A stretch of 64,000 nucleotides of DNA, from positions 21,548,150-21,612,149 of the forward strand of contig NC_134026.1 of assembly GCF_964204645.1 (NCBI RefSeq), read 5' to 3'. Of the stretch, positions 49,137 through 62,084 are shown in pieces. The stretch's first letter is position 1. The number at the start of each line of letters is the position of its first letter. The position numbers and the translations under genes were made by a program. Below the pieces are notes generated by a model, which was not told the DNA's origin, ran no database searches, and saw nothing but the letters and a program-made list of their open reading frames with translations. The stretch comes from Tubulanus polymorphus (Eukaryota; Animalia; Nemertea).

Positions 49137-52100
49137 TCAACAGCCACTAACATCTTTTCGGTTCTTTCTGAAAAATCTAGTTTCATTGGGATCGAAGCCT
49201 TTCTCCGAGGCCCCGAACACTGCCCAGGAGGGAGTTTTAGACATGTAGTCTTCCGCTTTGAATGTCTTTTCGCCATCGGATAAATTATATTCTTGAATAA
49301 GCTCGTGAAATTTGACGTAGTCTATCCATGTCCACCATTCACCATCAACTTTAAACTACAACACGAAGAGGATCACTTCATTTAGTAATGTGTAGATTAT
49401 TAAGTAATAAATTGCTTCGCTTTATTTCTCTTAAAATCGATCCTAACCTTTTTATGCGCGACGAGCACACAATTCGAATGCGCGTGTTCAGATGCTATTT
49501 CATAGTCGGGTAACATGTCGGCCAACTGTTGCACGAATGAAATCACTTCTTCGTGCCACGGCACGTTTTGCATCGTTAAACTACTGGCTTTAGAGTCGCC
49601 GCAGAATGTTACGCCCTAGTAGGAAAAAAAAATCAAAAAGGTCGAGTTAATTCAAGTTACTCAAAATAGCTCATTTTACCCCACAACTAAATGACATTTT
49701 CTGAATTTTCATTTCCCCCAAAATGTCTTTAGTTGTTCTATCCATCAGACTATCACTACAGTAGACAAATATATTTTCATCAAATTACTAACTACCTTTA
49801 TTTCTATGAGATCTGGATTTCCGATAGCTATAAGATCAGCATATGACTTCAACTCCTCCGTGTTCCAGGCTTTTACCAGTGTCAACCTGTATACTGTCCT
49901 CTGACCCTACAATATCAACACTTAAGCTCAATCCCTTAAACTATTACAAAATAACTTGTGTACTCAATGACAACAAGATTTGATTCACTGTACCTTTTCG
50001 GATAATGCTTTCAAACTATCAAGGAACCTCGGCCAGAAATCACGGAACAAAGGCCTGTCGATTTTTTTGAGGGCATCTTTAGTACTTGCATCAACGCTAA
50101 CGTACAACTGCGTTACAGGTAAGAGATTCCTAAAAACGGATTCATAGTTTCATTAAGACATCACTATATAATAACATCTGATTAGCGGTGGAGAGATTAG
50201 TTCGAAATTATCTTCTGGGATCATCTATGTTTATTTTGTTATAGGATGGGTAGGGAGTACAGGTAAACATAGCCATGTGTCCCATAATGGCTACCGTAGT
50301 TGTCTTGGTTTGGATATCATGAACCAACACGGATCTAATCTTTGTCCTATAGTAATTGTAATACGCCAAAAACCTGACCAAATCTAGTGATATACCTTAT
50401 AGCATCTGGAAACTGAGCATTCGTGACCAGAAACGATGATATGGATTTATCATGTAGCATTTTGACGAAATTGTTTATTTCTGGATACATAATCGGTTCG
50501 CCGACTAAAGATAAGGCACAATGCTTGATAGACATTCCTTCCGCTATACGTTCAGGTTTTACGCCAGGAACACCTGCCAAAATATGAACATTTCAATCAC
50601 TGTACTTTTACGCACTGTAGTAACTACCGGTAACTGCATTATCTTTACTGAAAGAATTAACACATTTTTCAACTACCTTTGAATTGATTGATGAGTTTAT
50701 AATGATTTTCCATTGCTCCGTTGATTATCAATTCTGGGTTATCCATTTTCCATCTCCATTCAGTCCCTACAGGGTTAGTATGATGTCTGTAAAAATTAAT
50801 CAAACGAAATGGTAGCAACGTAATCGTCGATATAAGCATATCTTGATCATTTTAGATATTTACCTCCAGCAGAAGACACATTTGTTCGCACAAGCCAAAC
50901 TCGGAGTCGTTTCCATACATCGGTGACTCTCGATTCCATAAAATGTGTGCTTATAACAGCCACCACGGCCTCGTAACATCGACTGAAATGATCCAACAGC
51001 ATAAAGCTTAGGAAAGTATGTCAATATCAATGAAATCGATTTCTCCTTTCAATACATATATTGCATGCTTTCAATTATCTTTTTTTCGATATTCTAAAGA
51101 AAGCCACTGTGAAAGGGTTCACTAGCAAATAGTAGTCACAGAATACATTTAGAAACAGACACAAAAATGTCTGCCGGTAGTTTCAATTAACAAGAAATTT
51201 ACACCACCTTGAGAGACAGATAGCTCACCTTAGTCCATCGACAAAGTTTGACACCTGAATGTGAACCTATGAGTTTATAACCCTGTTTCTCGAGGGCTTT
51301 TTTAAGTATGGGAGTGATCATCTCGCGTTCTCCTTTAGAACTCTCTTCGGCTTTTCGTTGTATCTGGAAAATGTAACAACCTTAGTCTGTCGAATAAATA
51401 GCTGGTAACGAGTCTTTGATGTCAAATACATGAACATATAACCCAATATTTTGAATTCATTCGATCTGGTAAGTCAAGGTAAGAAACCTCCCATGATACC
51501 TTAGCTTTCTCCATTTTTTGCATCATATTTCCAAGATCTTCCATATCCATCACACCATTTGACATATGTTCTTTGTTACCATCATCATTATCATTGTCAT
51601 CATCCTCTTCGCTGCTACTCTCATACAACTATAATGAATACCGGACTGCATAAACAAATAACTTCAACAATATTAACAATCTACCCATCTTATATTGTAT
51701 TGTTACCAACCACTTCATCTGTAGCCGTCTCCTTTTCTTGGCAACAAGTGTCACTTTGACCACAACAGGACGTTGATGAGGTACACAAATTGTTGTATGA
51801 AGTCCAGAAGCTTTTCATCCAGACATCAAAATCTGCTTCATTTCCTAAAACAAAAATTATCAGTTTGTACCAGTATTTATACCTTCCATTTATTTGTCTC
51901 GTTAATTAGGGAAATAAATCAGTCTTGATATCAACCAGGGCAAATAAAGTGGCCACATTGTGAACCACCATCACTAAGGCAAGATTGCCGCACTGTCTAT
52001 AGGTTAGTGGTAGGCTATAAGGAATACTAAATTGAGTACTGGGTACATATTAGTTTGGATATAGGCGGCTGAAATAATCTAAATGATCTGAATCAATGAA

Positions 52101-53714
52101 TTACCTCCATTTTTACTAAGTGATACATTCTCATCCATCATTCCAACCGGCAGCAAACGAACGGCAGAAAGTTGATGAAGCCACTTGTCAACATTTTTTC
52201 CAGGCTATCAAAACATTAAAGTAATTCGGAAGGTTCCGTAAGCACAGTGAAGTCATGATTATGTAAACTCAGAAGCGTTGCCGAAGACGAACTGAAATCA
52301 TTTGGTTTTTCCTATGAATCATACAGTCACTATTCTTCATTCATCAAATGTCCCCACTAAGGGGAGGAACCCAGATCAAATCTAATAACACCTATGTAAC
52401 TTAAAGCAGTGCAAATTTATCTCGTAATTTAGTAATTTTTGTTTGATTAAAGCCAGGTTACTCAACTAAATTTTCTTAAGACTTACAGTACAAAAATGAT
52501 CGCTATACAGTGAGTTTCCAAGTCCGACGACGGTGTATCGCATTTCTTTCAGCATTGACTTCTGCACTCGGAAATCCGAGGCAGCCTCCATAATCCATTT
52601 ATAAAACCATTTAATATCCTCCGGAGGAGCTCCTTCAACGTATGTTGATAAAATGAACACGCATACAGCACCACTCACTGCCTGTTAATACGAGAGTATA
52701 AATTCAGCATTAGTTAAAATGATGTATTAATCAAGCGGATATTTTTTTACATCTTTGCTTCATTTCATATCTGATTAGTTTAACTCACCTCTTCAGCTAA
52801 ACTCTCGTCTGGGTCATAAGTCTTTAGATCGACGATGCTGCAGGTTATTTCTCTCGATTCGGCTTGTTTCGACAACTTAGTTGCGAAATGCTTAAAAAAA
52901 GAACGAAAATACCTACAAACAAACCTATAGAGGTAATACATTATCACGTCTGAATTCGTGATTTTTACCTTTGCAGTTCCAGTCTGAGTTCCATAAAATA
53001 TTTTTATCGATTTTCCAGAGTCTGATACACATTTCTGACTTAGTTCATCGGGAACCTTCCTTTCAGGCTTCGGTCCGTTGTAAGCTTTCTAAAAGTTCAA
53101 AACATAAACTATGATATCATTAACAGAAAGGATATTTACAAGATTTTTGTTGCAGCTTTTTGGATAAGATACCTGCGGATTTATCCTCGAGCTTTGTTGG
53201 CCATTGAATAGAAGCCACACGAGAGCTGTTATGCCGATGAGTAATGTCGCAACCGTCACATTGAGATATGTCGACGGGTCAAGAAGCGCCTCTAGAAAAT
53301 CCCCTACAACATAAAATGAGGGTTCTTAAATCAATGTTACAATGCATGCATATTTTATTTACTATCAAAGCCAGGAATGATATATGATATCGAATTTCCC
53401 ACTACACAACTCATGGTCCAGCCTCACTTGCCAGGGTTTGAGGGTCTGTGGCAGGCGAGGATGAACAGGACTGATTGATGAGAATGAATGAATATTCGAT
53501 GATTGATTGAATTTGAAGCGAAAGTGCCTTTTTTCCGCAACAAATCCTACGTCACGACACTGAATAATTCATCGGTCCGGTGTCCGTCACTCACGATACA
53601 CGTCAATAAGGTATAAGGCAGTTGTAATTACAAAATACAGCCCACCTCTGAGCCTATATGATTGTGAAATCCAGTCTTCAACGTGTATTTCTTACCGTCC
53701 ATGGAGGCCGCCAT
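49137..53714 (-). CDS. TYW1: tRNA wybutosine-synthesizing radical SAM enzyme TYW1
   Basis: MAASMD start; N-terminal TM; flavodoxin domain ([19 protein letters not shown]); [15 protein letters not shown] CxxxCxxC; [14 protein letters not shown]; [10 protein letters not shown]; ends RKDVSGC*. Confidence 0.95.
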
Positions 53715-53813
53715 CTTGAAATCACGTGACACATGCATTGGAGTGCGCGTTTAGCTACTGAAGCGACGATGTAAAAAGTTCCAGTTCATTTTGTCCCTTG
53801 AATTAATCTTGAA
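53707..53813. promoter_or_regulatory. Compact bidirectional promoter TYW1/RAD1
   Basis: Start codons at 53714(-) and 53814(+) are 99 nt apart. GCCGCCATCTTG (YY1-like) overlaps the TYW1 ATG; E-box TCACGTGA at ~53721-53728. Confidence 0.7.
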
Positions 53814-55774
53814 ATGGCTTTATCAACTCAGGAAGCCGATGATGATACACAATTCATTCTTGTGTTGAAGATGGATAACGCTCGGAACATGTCAAATATT
53901 CTGAAAGCTATTCATTTTAAAGATGTAAGTTGTCATCTCTGTTTATTCTAGTATCACTGTATCTACAATTAATTTTTGATTTCATTTTTCATTATTGAAT
54001 TTAGTGTCTGATATTTAACATTCTAAGTTTCCCCCTGTCAGAAATATGTATGTTGCAGAATTTTCTTCACTACGACGTTTCATTATGATTTCTTAACTAA
54101 AAGACAGATCAATCGATATGAGGGCAGCACCGCCCGGTGTCGGATATAATGTCCTCTTATCTTCGGGCCGGATAATCGAAACTAATAATTTTATCTTTCA
54201 GACTGCTACCGTATTTGCTAGTAACAACGGTTTAAAAGTAACCGTCGAAGATGCAAAGTGTATTCAAGCCAACGCATTCCTGCAATCGACCATATTTCAA
54301 GATTATAAGATAAATGAAGAACAATCAACATTTAAGATTAATTTGACTGTACTGTTGGTAAGTAATCTATATGTAGCCAATTATTACATATTTATTGGCT
54401 TATTAGCCTATAATTAGGGATTCGATTTAATGGTTTGGTTTCATTTTTGTTCACATTTTAGGAATGTTTGAATATCTTCGGTACAAGTGCGGTCCCTGGT
54501 CAGACAACTGCCTTGAAAATGTGCTATGGGGGATATGGTTATCCTTTGATATTATTGTAAGTAATGATTAAATCTTTTCTTTTATTAGTTTTAAGTAAGA
54601 TAGCGATGAAATTACGTTTGTAATACTGTTCATGTAGATTGGAAGAAAATGGTGTGCTTACGGATTGTAGCATTAAAACACAAGAACCCGATGAAACATT
54701 AGATTTCAATTTCTGTAGTACGAATGTGATCAACAAAATTATCATGAAGGTAATCCATATCTACAAAGCATTTAAGATTTAACACATCATTTTGGACTGA
54801 ATTGGTGCTTTGGAAGAAATAGACAGTTTCTAGGGAATGTAATCTCTTCATTAATCTAGAATATCCAAGCCTAAGCTAAATACATGCATTTCATTGGATC
54901 TTACATTTCAGTCAGAATGTTTAAAGGAGGCGTTTAGTGAACTGGATATGACCAGTGAGGTGTTGGAGATATTGATGTCCCCTGATAAGCCTTACCTAAG
55001 ACTTTCAACTTTCGGCAATTCTGGTAGCACACATGTAAGTGAGCAACCTCTAATGGCATTCCTCTCGGTTTCAACTATGAAAATCCTTGAACTGTCTTTA
55101 TATCTTTCAGTCAGATTTCCCTAAAGACTCCGATATGGTTGAATCATTTCAATGCACCAGAACTCAGACGAATAGGTAATCTTCAGATTGATAAAACTTA
55201 TAAATTCAAATCAGCATCGGTTAATCTCTTGTTCTTGAATATCTAGTTCATTGGATTAAACAAAAAAAACATCATCTTTTTGAAGTGCGGAGGACCTATT
55301 TCCCAGATGGCTGACACTTATATGTTATGATCATGCGTTCGGTTATCAGTTCTGACCACTAATCAACTAACTATGAAAACCGAAATTCTCCCAACTAACA
55401 GTATTGAAATATCTAGTCGCATCATTTCATTCTTCCTTAAATGCAGGTATAAAGTATCTTTATTGAAACCGTCAGTAAAAGCGTTGACTCTTTCTTCGAG
55501 AATCTCACTTCGTACGGATGATAGAGGATTCTTATCACTGCAATACATGATACGAAACGACGATGGTCAGATTTGTTTCGTTGAATATTATGTAAGTATT
55601 TTTCAAAAATATGTATCGCCGAGTGTAAATCATTCGACTTGGGAAAGACAGACTGACTTATGGGAGATGTTTCAGGATTTTTAAGATTATAGAATATACT
55701 GAAATTGTTGTGAATGTTGCTACATGTTTTTTCAGTGTTCACCAGATGAAGAATTGGATGAAGAAGACATCTAA
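53814..55774 (+). CDS. RAD1: Cell-cycle checkpoint protein RAD1 (9-1-1 clamp)
   Basis: DNARNMSNILKAIHFKD; GLKVTVEDAKCIQANAFLQ; LECLNIFG; SECLKEAFSELDMTSEVL; RTDDRGFLSLQYMIRNDDGQICFVEYY; CSPDEE terminus. Confidence 0.95.
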
Positions 55775-56781
55775 TGGCTTGACTAAGTGTTTCATCAAAG
55801 TTTCAACTTTCTTGCATTTATCGTGGAGTATATGATTTTATAAAAAGAATATATATAAGTTTGTACGAATACAGAAAGATTTAGATTAAATCGGCTTGAA
55901 TTCTGGTCGGAGAGTATAGTACAAGGGTAAGATATTGGAATTAATCATTCCATTGTACATTTTATTAAAACAATTACGTTAAAATTACAATGCATTAACC
56001 TTCTTTTGTTAAAATTAAGATTCACAACAACCTGAGCTTTCATCTAAAAACAATGTGCATTTGAAAGACATTTAATAATCGAAATATTAGCAATAAAACA
56101 TCAGAATCTTTGTCCAATGTAGTTTCAACCACAGACAATGACTTTCCATAAGATAGATACCGGTGTACATCCTAAGTCAAGAGTGTCTAAAGATTGCTAA
56201 TAAAAATCGAATGATCAATTGTTGACGGACTGCAGCTTTAGTCAAAACAGATGTAGGAAGATGGACATTGTCTTGAAATATGATGGCATAACCATTAATG
56301 TCATCTCTGCCTTAAGTTTTAGGTACAAACACATGATGTACTAATCAACTTAAAAAAAGCTAATGCCAGTGACCATATCACATCTAAAATAATGATGCTT
56401 TAAATAAAAATTTCTATTTTATATTTTGAAATTAAAAACATTCACAAAATCAGCTAACTCAGCCACCTCATGGAGAGATTGTCACCTCATGATACTTGCA
56501 TCAATGGATTGGTATCTTAATTTAATACATTTCACAGATTTAAAATTAGATTACATACTATCACAATTGAGGGTGTCAGAAAATTAACTATGGTAATATT
56601 TCATTGAATCAAGGCAGATAAATAACACCTGGATGCCGTTGTTTTAGAGAACAGAGTTTAACTAATAAATTGATGTTATTTCTTCCATTAGTTCATGTGA
56701 AATCGAAATAAAAACAGCTTAAGATAAACCCACCTACAACTGATTTTAAATTGCTACAGAGCCTAATATACCTATTTATAA

Positions 56782-57525
56782 TTACCTAGCGTTCATGTAT
56801 AGAAAACTGCCTATTATCATGAAAAAAAGCGACAACGTAAAACCACGCACTCTATCTCTACGAGTTTCTAATTCGTCCTGTCTGAATCGTTCGGCCGACT
56901 CTTTATGATAGTGATTCCTTTTAATCGTGTCGCCATAGTGTTGCCTGTAGAATTCGTCGAAGTCGTATATACGCGATTTTCCGGTTGGGGGTGGCTGCGT
57001 ATGTTTTTTGAAACCGCCCGGGTGAAAGTTCGTACGCGGGTCGGCGTCGTCTTCTTCGACTTTCGACTCGCCCGGCGTATTCGTCGGATCCAGGAACCCG
57101 CGATCGTACATTTTTCGTCGACGTTTGTTGCCGAGCACCTCGTACGCGGCGGATATCTCGGCGAATTTCAAACCGCTATTTTTGTCCGTCGATATATCAG
57201 GGTGAAATATTTTCGAAAGTTTGTAATACGCGTCGCGGATCTGTTTGTGGGTCGCCTTGGGCGTAATGTGCAAGACGTCGTAATAGTACGTAGGGTTTTG
57301 ATGGCCCGTCAAAATGAGCCTCCTGAATTGCGGTAGAAAATGAAGTTCCTCGTCAAATTGTCGTCGCGGACGTTTCATAAATAACAAAGGAACGGCCGAT
57401 ATCGCTTTAGATAAATTTCTTTTTCCGACATTGTCAATATCAAGAAGCCGCCTCGAAAACCAAGTGATTCCGGTTGACATTCTCCTCGTTCGATGACAAG
57501 AATCGACAGCCTTCGAAGATATCAT
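56782..57525 (-). CDS. DNAJC30: DnaJ subfamily C member 30, mitochondrial-like (start codon uncertain)
   Basis: Basic N-terminal presequence; J-domain YYDVL...FHPD...AYEVLG; DFDEFYRQHYG motif; C-terminal TM. Acceptor at ~57570 upstream. Confidence 0.8.
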   Translation of the reverse strand: MISSKAVDSCHRTRRMSTGITWFSRRLLDIDNVGKRNLSKAISAVPLLFMKRPRRQFDEELHFLPQFRRLILTGHQNPTYYYDVLHITPKATHKQIRDAYYKLSKIFHPDISTDKNSGLKFAEISAAYEVLGNKRRRKMYDRGFLDPTNTPGESKVEEDDADPRTNFHPGGFKKHTQPPPTGKSRIYDFDEFYRQHYGDTIKRNHYHKESAERFRQDELETRRDRVRGFTLSLFFMIIGSFLYMNAR

Positions 57526-59757
57526 TTCTTTCTTAATGCTGCAATGCCGTAGTAAGCATCTTAACTGACCTGGAAAAAGAAGGATCACCGAGATAAGAAG
57601 TTAGCACTGAAAAAAGAAATGGTAAGAAAAGAAAAAGCTAAAAAGGAACGTATATTTCCTAATTTTTGCATTTATTCAGCTTAAAAATGTTCAACTCTCT
57701 ATCAGCTTAACCCTGAAATCCAATGACATGAATGAAGGACCGAAGAAGACCCGTGTCCACTGTCAGTCATGACGTAATCAATATATATATTCAATGAATG
57801 ACATCGATTATCGAAAATCTTGTATCCACCATGTCCACCGCCGAACTGTCCCAACTTGATACATACCTCAAGGTTCTTTGTGAGACCTTATCCATTCAAT
57901 CAATACGAATGTGCGAAATATGAGGATATTGAGAAGGAGACGCTAACTTACCTAAAATTACTTTAAAAACAAAAAGATTAACCAATTTCTGTTGTAGGGT
58001 TGTTCGACGGTGTACCAGGACACCAATTCAAGATGTCGGCAATGTAGAGGGCGGTATAGAACGAGTCAATTTAATTCAAAACTTTATTTATCCCATTATG
58101 TTACACACTATACATCCGGATTGTGTACAATATAGCCATTTAAGAAAAACAACATTAAATATAAACTTCAAAGAAAAAACAAGAATAAAAATGTGAAGTA
58201 TTAGGCCCATTCAACGTGGATTGCATTAGCAGAAAAAGTTCATTGTCAAAATTCTTTTCCCGAAAAGACAATTCTCCTCAGAATCGATTCTACTAGAGGC
58301 AGCTCTTTTCGTGCTGCTGACCAAAACACAACCGCAATGTCATTTTTTTGAGAAAAAAAGGTGTATTTTTCATTGCACTAATTGATTGCGTTAAATTCAA
58401 TGTTTCAATTTTGTCAGAATTACGACCGCGGCGGCCCGCGTTATGATCCCGGCCGAACGTTTATATAATGCAAGGCTGAGTGCTCCTCTAACCGATTACA
58501 CCAACATTTTTCAGTGAACAAGTTTGCTCAATCTAACTCAAATTCAATGAAAATGCCATTCTTTTATAACGCTAAATTCGATGTTCCATTGGCTTAATGG
58601 GGGTTACGCCGTCGCTGAGGGCTGCATTACAGACTCCAGCTGGGCAGCGCCCTCCTGTCCACAGAAGACAATAAATAGCTAGGGCAGTCCTGGTAGTCTA
58701 TCGGCGGTAGACAACATGGCACACCCACCCTTGACACAGGAACTACACACGGCCCAGAGCGCATAGCACACCCCGGGCATCACCGCTCCAGCCCGCACTA
58801 GCGCAAAACCCAGTCTACAACCGGCAACCAAAACCAAACCGCAAACAACCACCACAGAAGTACGCCCGACTATAAGGCAGTGGCATAAGGCAGGTGGGCA
58901 CATCCCATCTCCCTGATCAAGTTAACCCATCAAATTTTTTCCCATCAAAGTTTCATTTTTATCCGTCAAATTGTCATGTTGTCCTGATCTTATGGATTTA
59001 TACTATTAGAAGTCAATCCCAATCGTAGATAGGCCTCTGACAAAACTACAGTGAAAGCTATTATCTATTATTCTCATGGGCCGGTCTGCCGCTTAAAAAA
59101 AAGGAGAACACGAGTTCGAAAGAGAACACAAAAATATCAACTGATATTCACGAGAAATGATGTAACGCAACACTTTCAAGATATGGGTTTGAAACTTTTT
59201 TATTCTCGAAAAATAGGAAAAATAGAAACAAATTCTTCCGAAGAGACGAGAAGATACACAATATCCGTGTAAGATGATGACGAGAGAAATCCCACAATAA
59301 ATTCAGCCAAAACGAAAAACTTGAATAGATGAGTATATATATTTGCGCAACGTTTCGGTTAAAGACTATTAGCCATTCTTCTGAATTTTTCTTGCATAGC
59401 TCTGTACCACCATTACAGCGTCAAAATATTGTATATGATATGAATTGAAGTGAATTATTCTCATAATAACATATTTATATTTGATGTTTCCACACTTCCA
59501 TCCATTTAAGACTCAATTAAACGATGTAATTGAATATTCTTAATTCAGCATCATCATTGGCGGTTATCCCGGTGCTCCCCTGAAATAAATAATTCGTATG
59601 AAATATATTTGCTTTATGTAGATATTGCCATATTCGCCAAAAGAACCTTAGTGTTTGATGTACTACAGTAGGTACACTAGGATCGTAGAGCGATGAAGAT
59701 CTCTGGGGAGACAACCGCTGCCAGTGCTTTGTGAACACCATATACTGCATTTAAAGT

Positions 59758-59949
59758 TTAAAAAAACTCACAAGGTATGGTGTAGCAACATTTTAGTCCA
59801 CCACTGCATAGGCCCAATGCCGCGTGCTCTTCGGGCAAGCAATTCTCCTTGCAATCACCGTAAACCCCGTGATAGATGTAGCACGCATCGGTATCGGCCA
59901 ACATCGAAAGAGCCACGATAGCGAAGACGAGGACCAATTTGAACTTCAT
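59758..59949 (-). CDS. Secreted beta-defensin-like peptide 1
   Basis: Signal peptide MKFKLVLVFAIVALSMLA; C-x9-C-x3-C-x10-C-x5-CC plus a seventh Cys. Confidence 0.75.
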   Translation of the reverse strand: MKFKLVLVFAIVALSMLADTDACYIYHGVYGDCKENCLPEEHAALGLCSGGLKCCYTIPCEFF

Positions 59950-60464
59950 GTCTGTGATGGGTCAACGTAAAACAAAACAAAACAAAATTAGATATTGGGG
60001 ATTTATAAATATATGATGGGACTTCATTACTGAAACAGCCGTAGAGGTCACATGCATTTTAGAGATAATTTTCACATTTGTCTTGATATACTGCTAATGA
60101 ATCAATTTGTGATATGGTCTGGTGATAAAATGGACTATTCATGACAGCTTGCCACAGTCCCACACGAATTGTACATAAAGAAAACAAAATCAGTGAAAGT
60201 CGCATTTCATTCAGACCCTTCATTCCGTTTTTGGAAGGCATGATTCATATGCAAATTGTAGATTCTTGAAAACGATATTTTTGGGAGTTGTCGAGAACTG
60301 GAAAAAGAAAGAAAAGTATACAGAAATAATTTGAACGACGGTAAACTTTAGTAAGGTTAAAGGGGCGGGGCGAAAGATGACGAAAGAACAAGAGTCAGTC
60401 TGGTGACTTGAAAAGAAACTCACGTGTATGTATACATTCTAAAATCCACAACATTTTCCACAAT

Positions 60465-60647
60465 CTACCCAAGGCAGCAGATTTGGCCGTTACATTGAAA
60501 AACCCCGAAAACACCACTCTCATTTGATTGGCAACTTTTCCTGCATATTCCCGAAATTCCGTGATATATGGAGCAGTAGGTGGTCGCCTCTGCCATGATG
60601 CCGGTGATCATTGAAGCAGCCAGAAGAACGATAAAAAGATACTTCAT
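60465..60647 (-). CDS. Secreted beta-defensin-like peptide 2
   Basis: Signal peptide; C-x9-C-x3-C-x12-C-x4-CC-LG; TATA-like TATAAGTA ~60 nt upstream. Confidence 0.78.
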   Translation of the reverse strand: MKYLFIVLLAASMITGIMAEATTYCSIYHGISGICRKSCQSNESGVFGVFQCNGQICCLG

Positions 60648-61892
60648 TTTTCAACAGATGATAACGTACCAAAATGAAATGGCAGGTTACAAATATACAA
60701 TCGAATACTTATAGTTTGTGACCATTTCCTGAGACCCATCTGACAAATTTACACGATTATATATATATCTAATGACAAATCAGATAAACATTAAAAAACT
60801 GCAATGATGAAATACGTACAAGGATAATGTACGTACAAGGATATTTTTCCTGTCCAAGGTTTCCGCTGAAAAAAATAGATTTATATTTCAATATATATCT
60901 TGCAATTTTTTCTTTCATTCTGTTCATCATTCTTCTGCGTCAATTCGTCTTGAAGCAGCTTGCAGACAACAGGTTACTCTGAAGGTTCTCGATTCTCGAT
61001 TCATGAATTATACACATATCTACATATACTGTAAAGATTGAAATTTTGAGTGTTTGAATAAATAAGTATATACATGTATAAAATCTAATCACAGTCCCTC
61101 GTGGGAATATCACAGTTATTGACCTACGATGGCGCTGTGCGATAATTTTGCGTGAATATTGCAGTACGTGTGGGGATATACTAATGTTTTCGGGGTTTAT
61201 CGATACTCGCCAAAACGGATTTTTTGAATAGAAAACTCGTCTTTTCCGAATCCTTCATTCGTGTACCACAGCGAAGCACGCTATTCACATCAGATATAGA
61301 TAGAGATACCCATAGATATGTAATATTTTTTATGCTTGTCCAAGCGAAGTCCCTTTTCGATTGTGTTCTTCCGGAAGATTACTTTCTCTTTCGATAACCG
61401 GGTCTGGAGCCAATTCATCCTCTAAAATCCGAAATATCGAATCATCCGTCCGTCCGTTGACGGAATCCAGTTATTTTGGGAAGTTTTGAAGACGCTTCTG
61501 TGGATTGTCTTGATATTTGGTCTATACATGTAACTACCTTAGATACATCTGCTGCCAATAAATGAGTAATAATAGACTGGGTTCGAACCTGGGACACCCC
61601 TGTTTCAATCACGCAGAAGCCATCTATCCATCACTAATTCACAAAAAAACTCGACAAGAAATAATATTTATTACACATTTTTTATTAGAAGAGATGTATC
61701 GTAATTCCTAATTAATCATTGCAGTTGTCGAGAACTGGAAAATTAAAACAAAAACAGTATATATAATTAGAAAAACAAAACTTGACGAAAGATGACGAAA
61801 ATATGAAGAAAAGAGTCAGTTTGGTGCCTTGAAAAGAACACAGCAAGGACAACTCACGTGTTATACATTCTTCAATCCACGATTTCCGAAAT

Positions 61893-62084
61893 TTACCCAA
61901 CGCAGCAGATTTGGCCGTTACATTGAAAATGCCCGAAAACACTTCTTTCATTGGATTGACAACTTTTCCTGCATATTCCCGAAATTCCGTGGTATATGTA
62001 ACAGTAGGTCGTCGCCTCTGCTTCGATGCTGGGAATCAATGACAGAGCTACTGTAGCCAAAAGAACGATAAAAAAATACTTCAT
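61893..62084 (-). CDS. Secreted beta-defensin-like peptide 3
   Basis: Close paralog of peptide 2 (YCYIYHGISGICRKSCQSNERSVFGHFQCNGQICCVG). Confidence 0.78.
   Translation of the reverse strand: MKYFFIVLLATVALSLIPSIEAEATTYCYIYHGISGICRKSCQSNERSVFGHFQCNGQICCVG

Noticed and set aside
56905-57336. Long antisense ORFs over coding exons (also 45960-46286, 40590-40868)
   Set aside because: Shadow ORFs of GC-richer exons with no recognisable motifs.
61101-61113. NF-kB-like GGGAATATCA upstream of defensin-like genes
   Set aside because: Imperfect consensus; presence in both units is explained by recent duplication.
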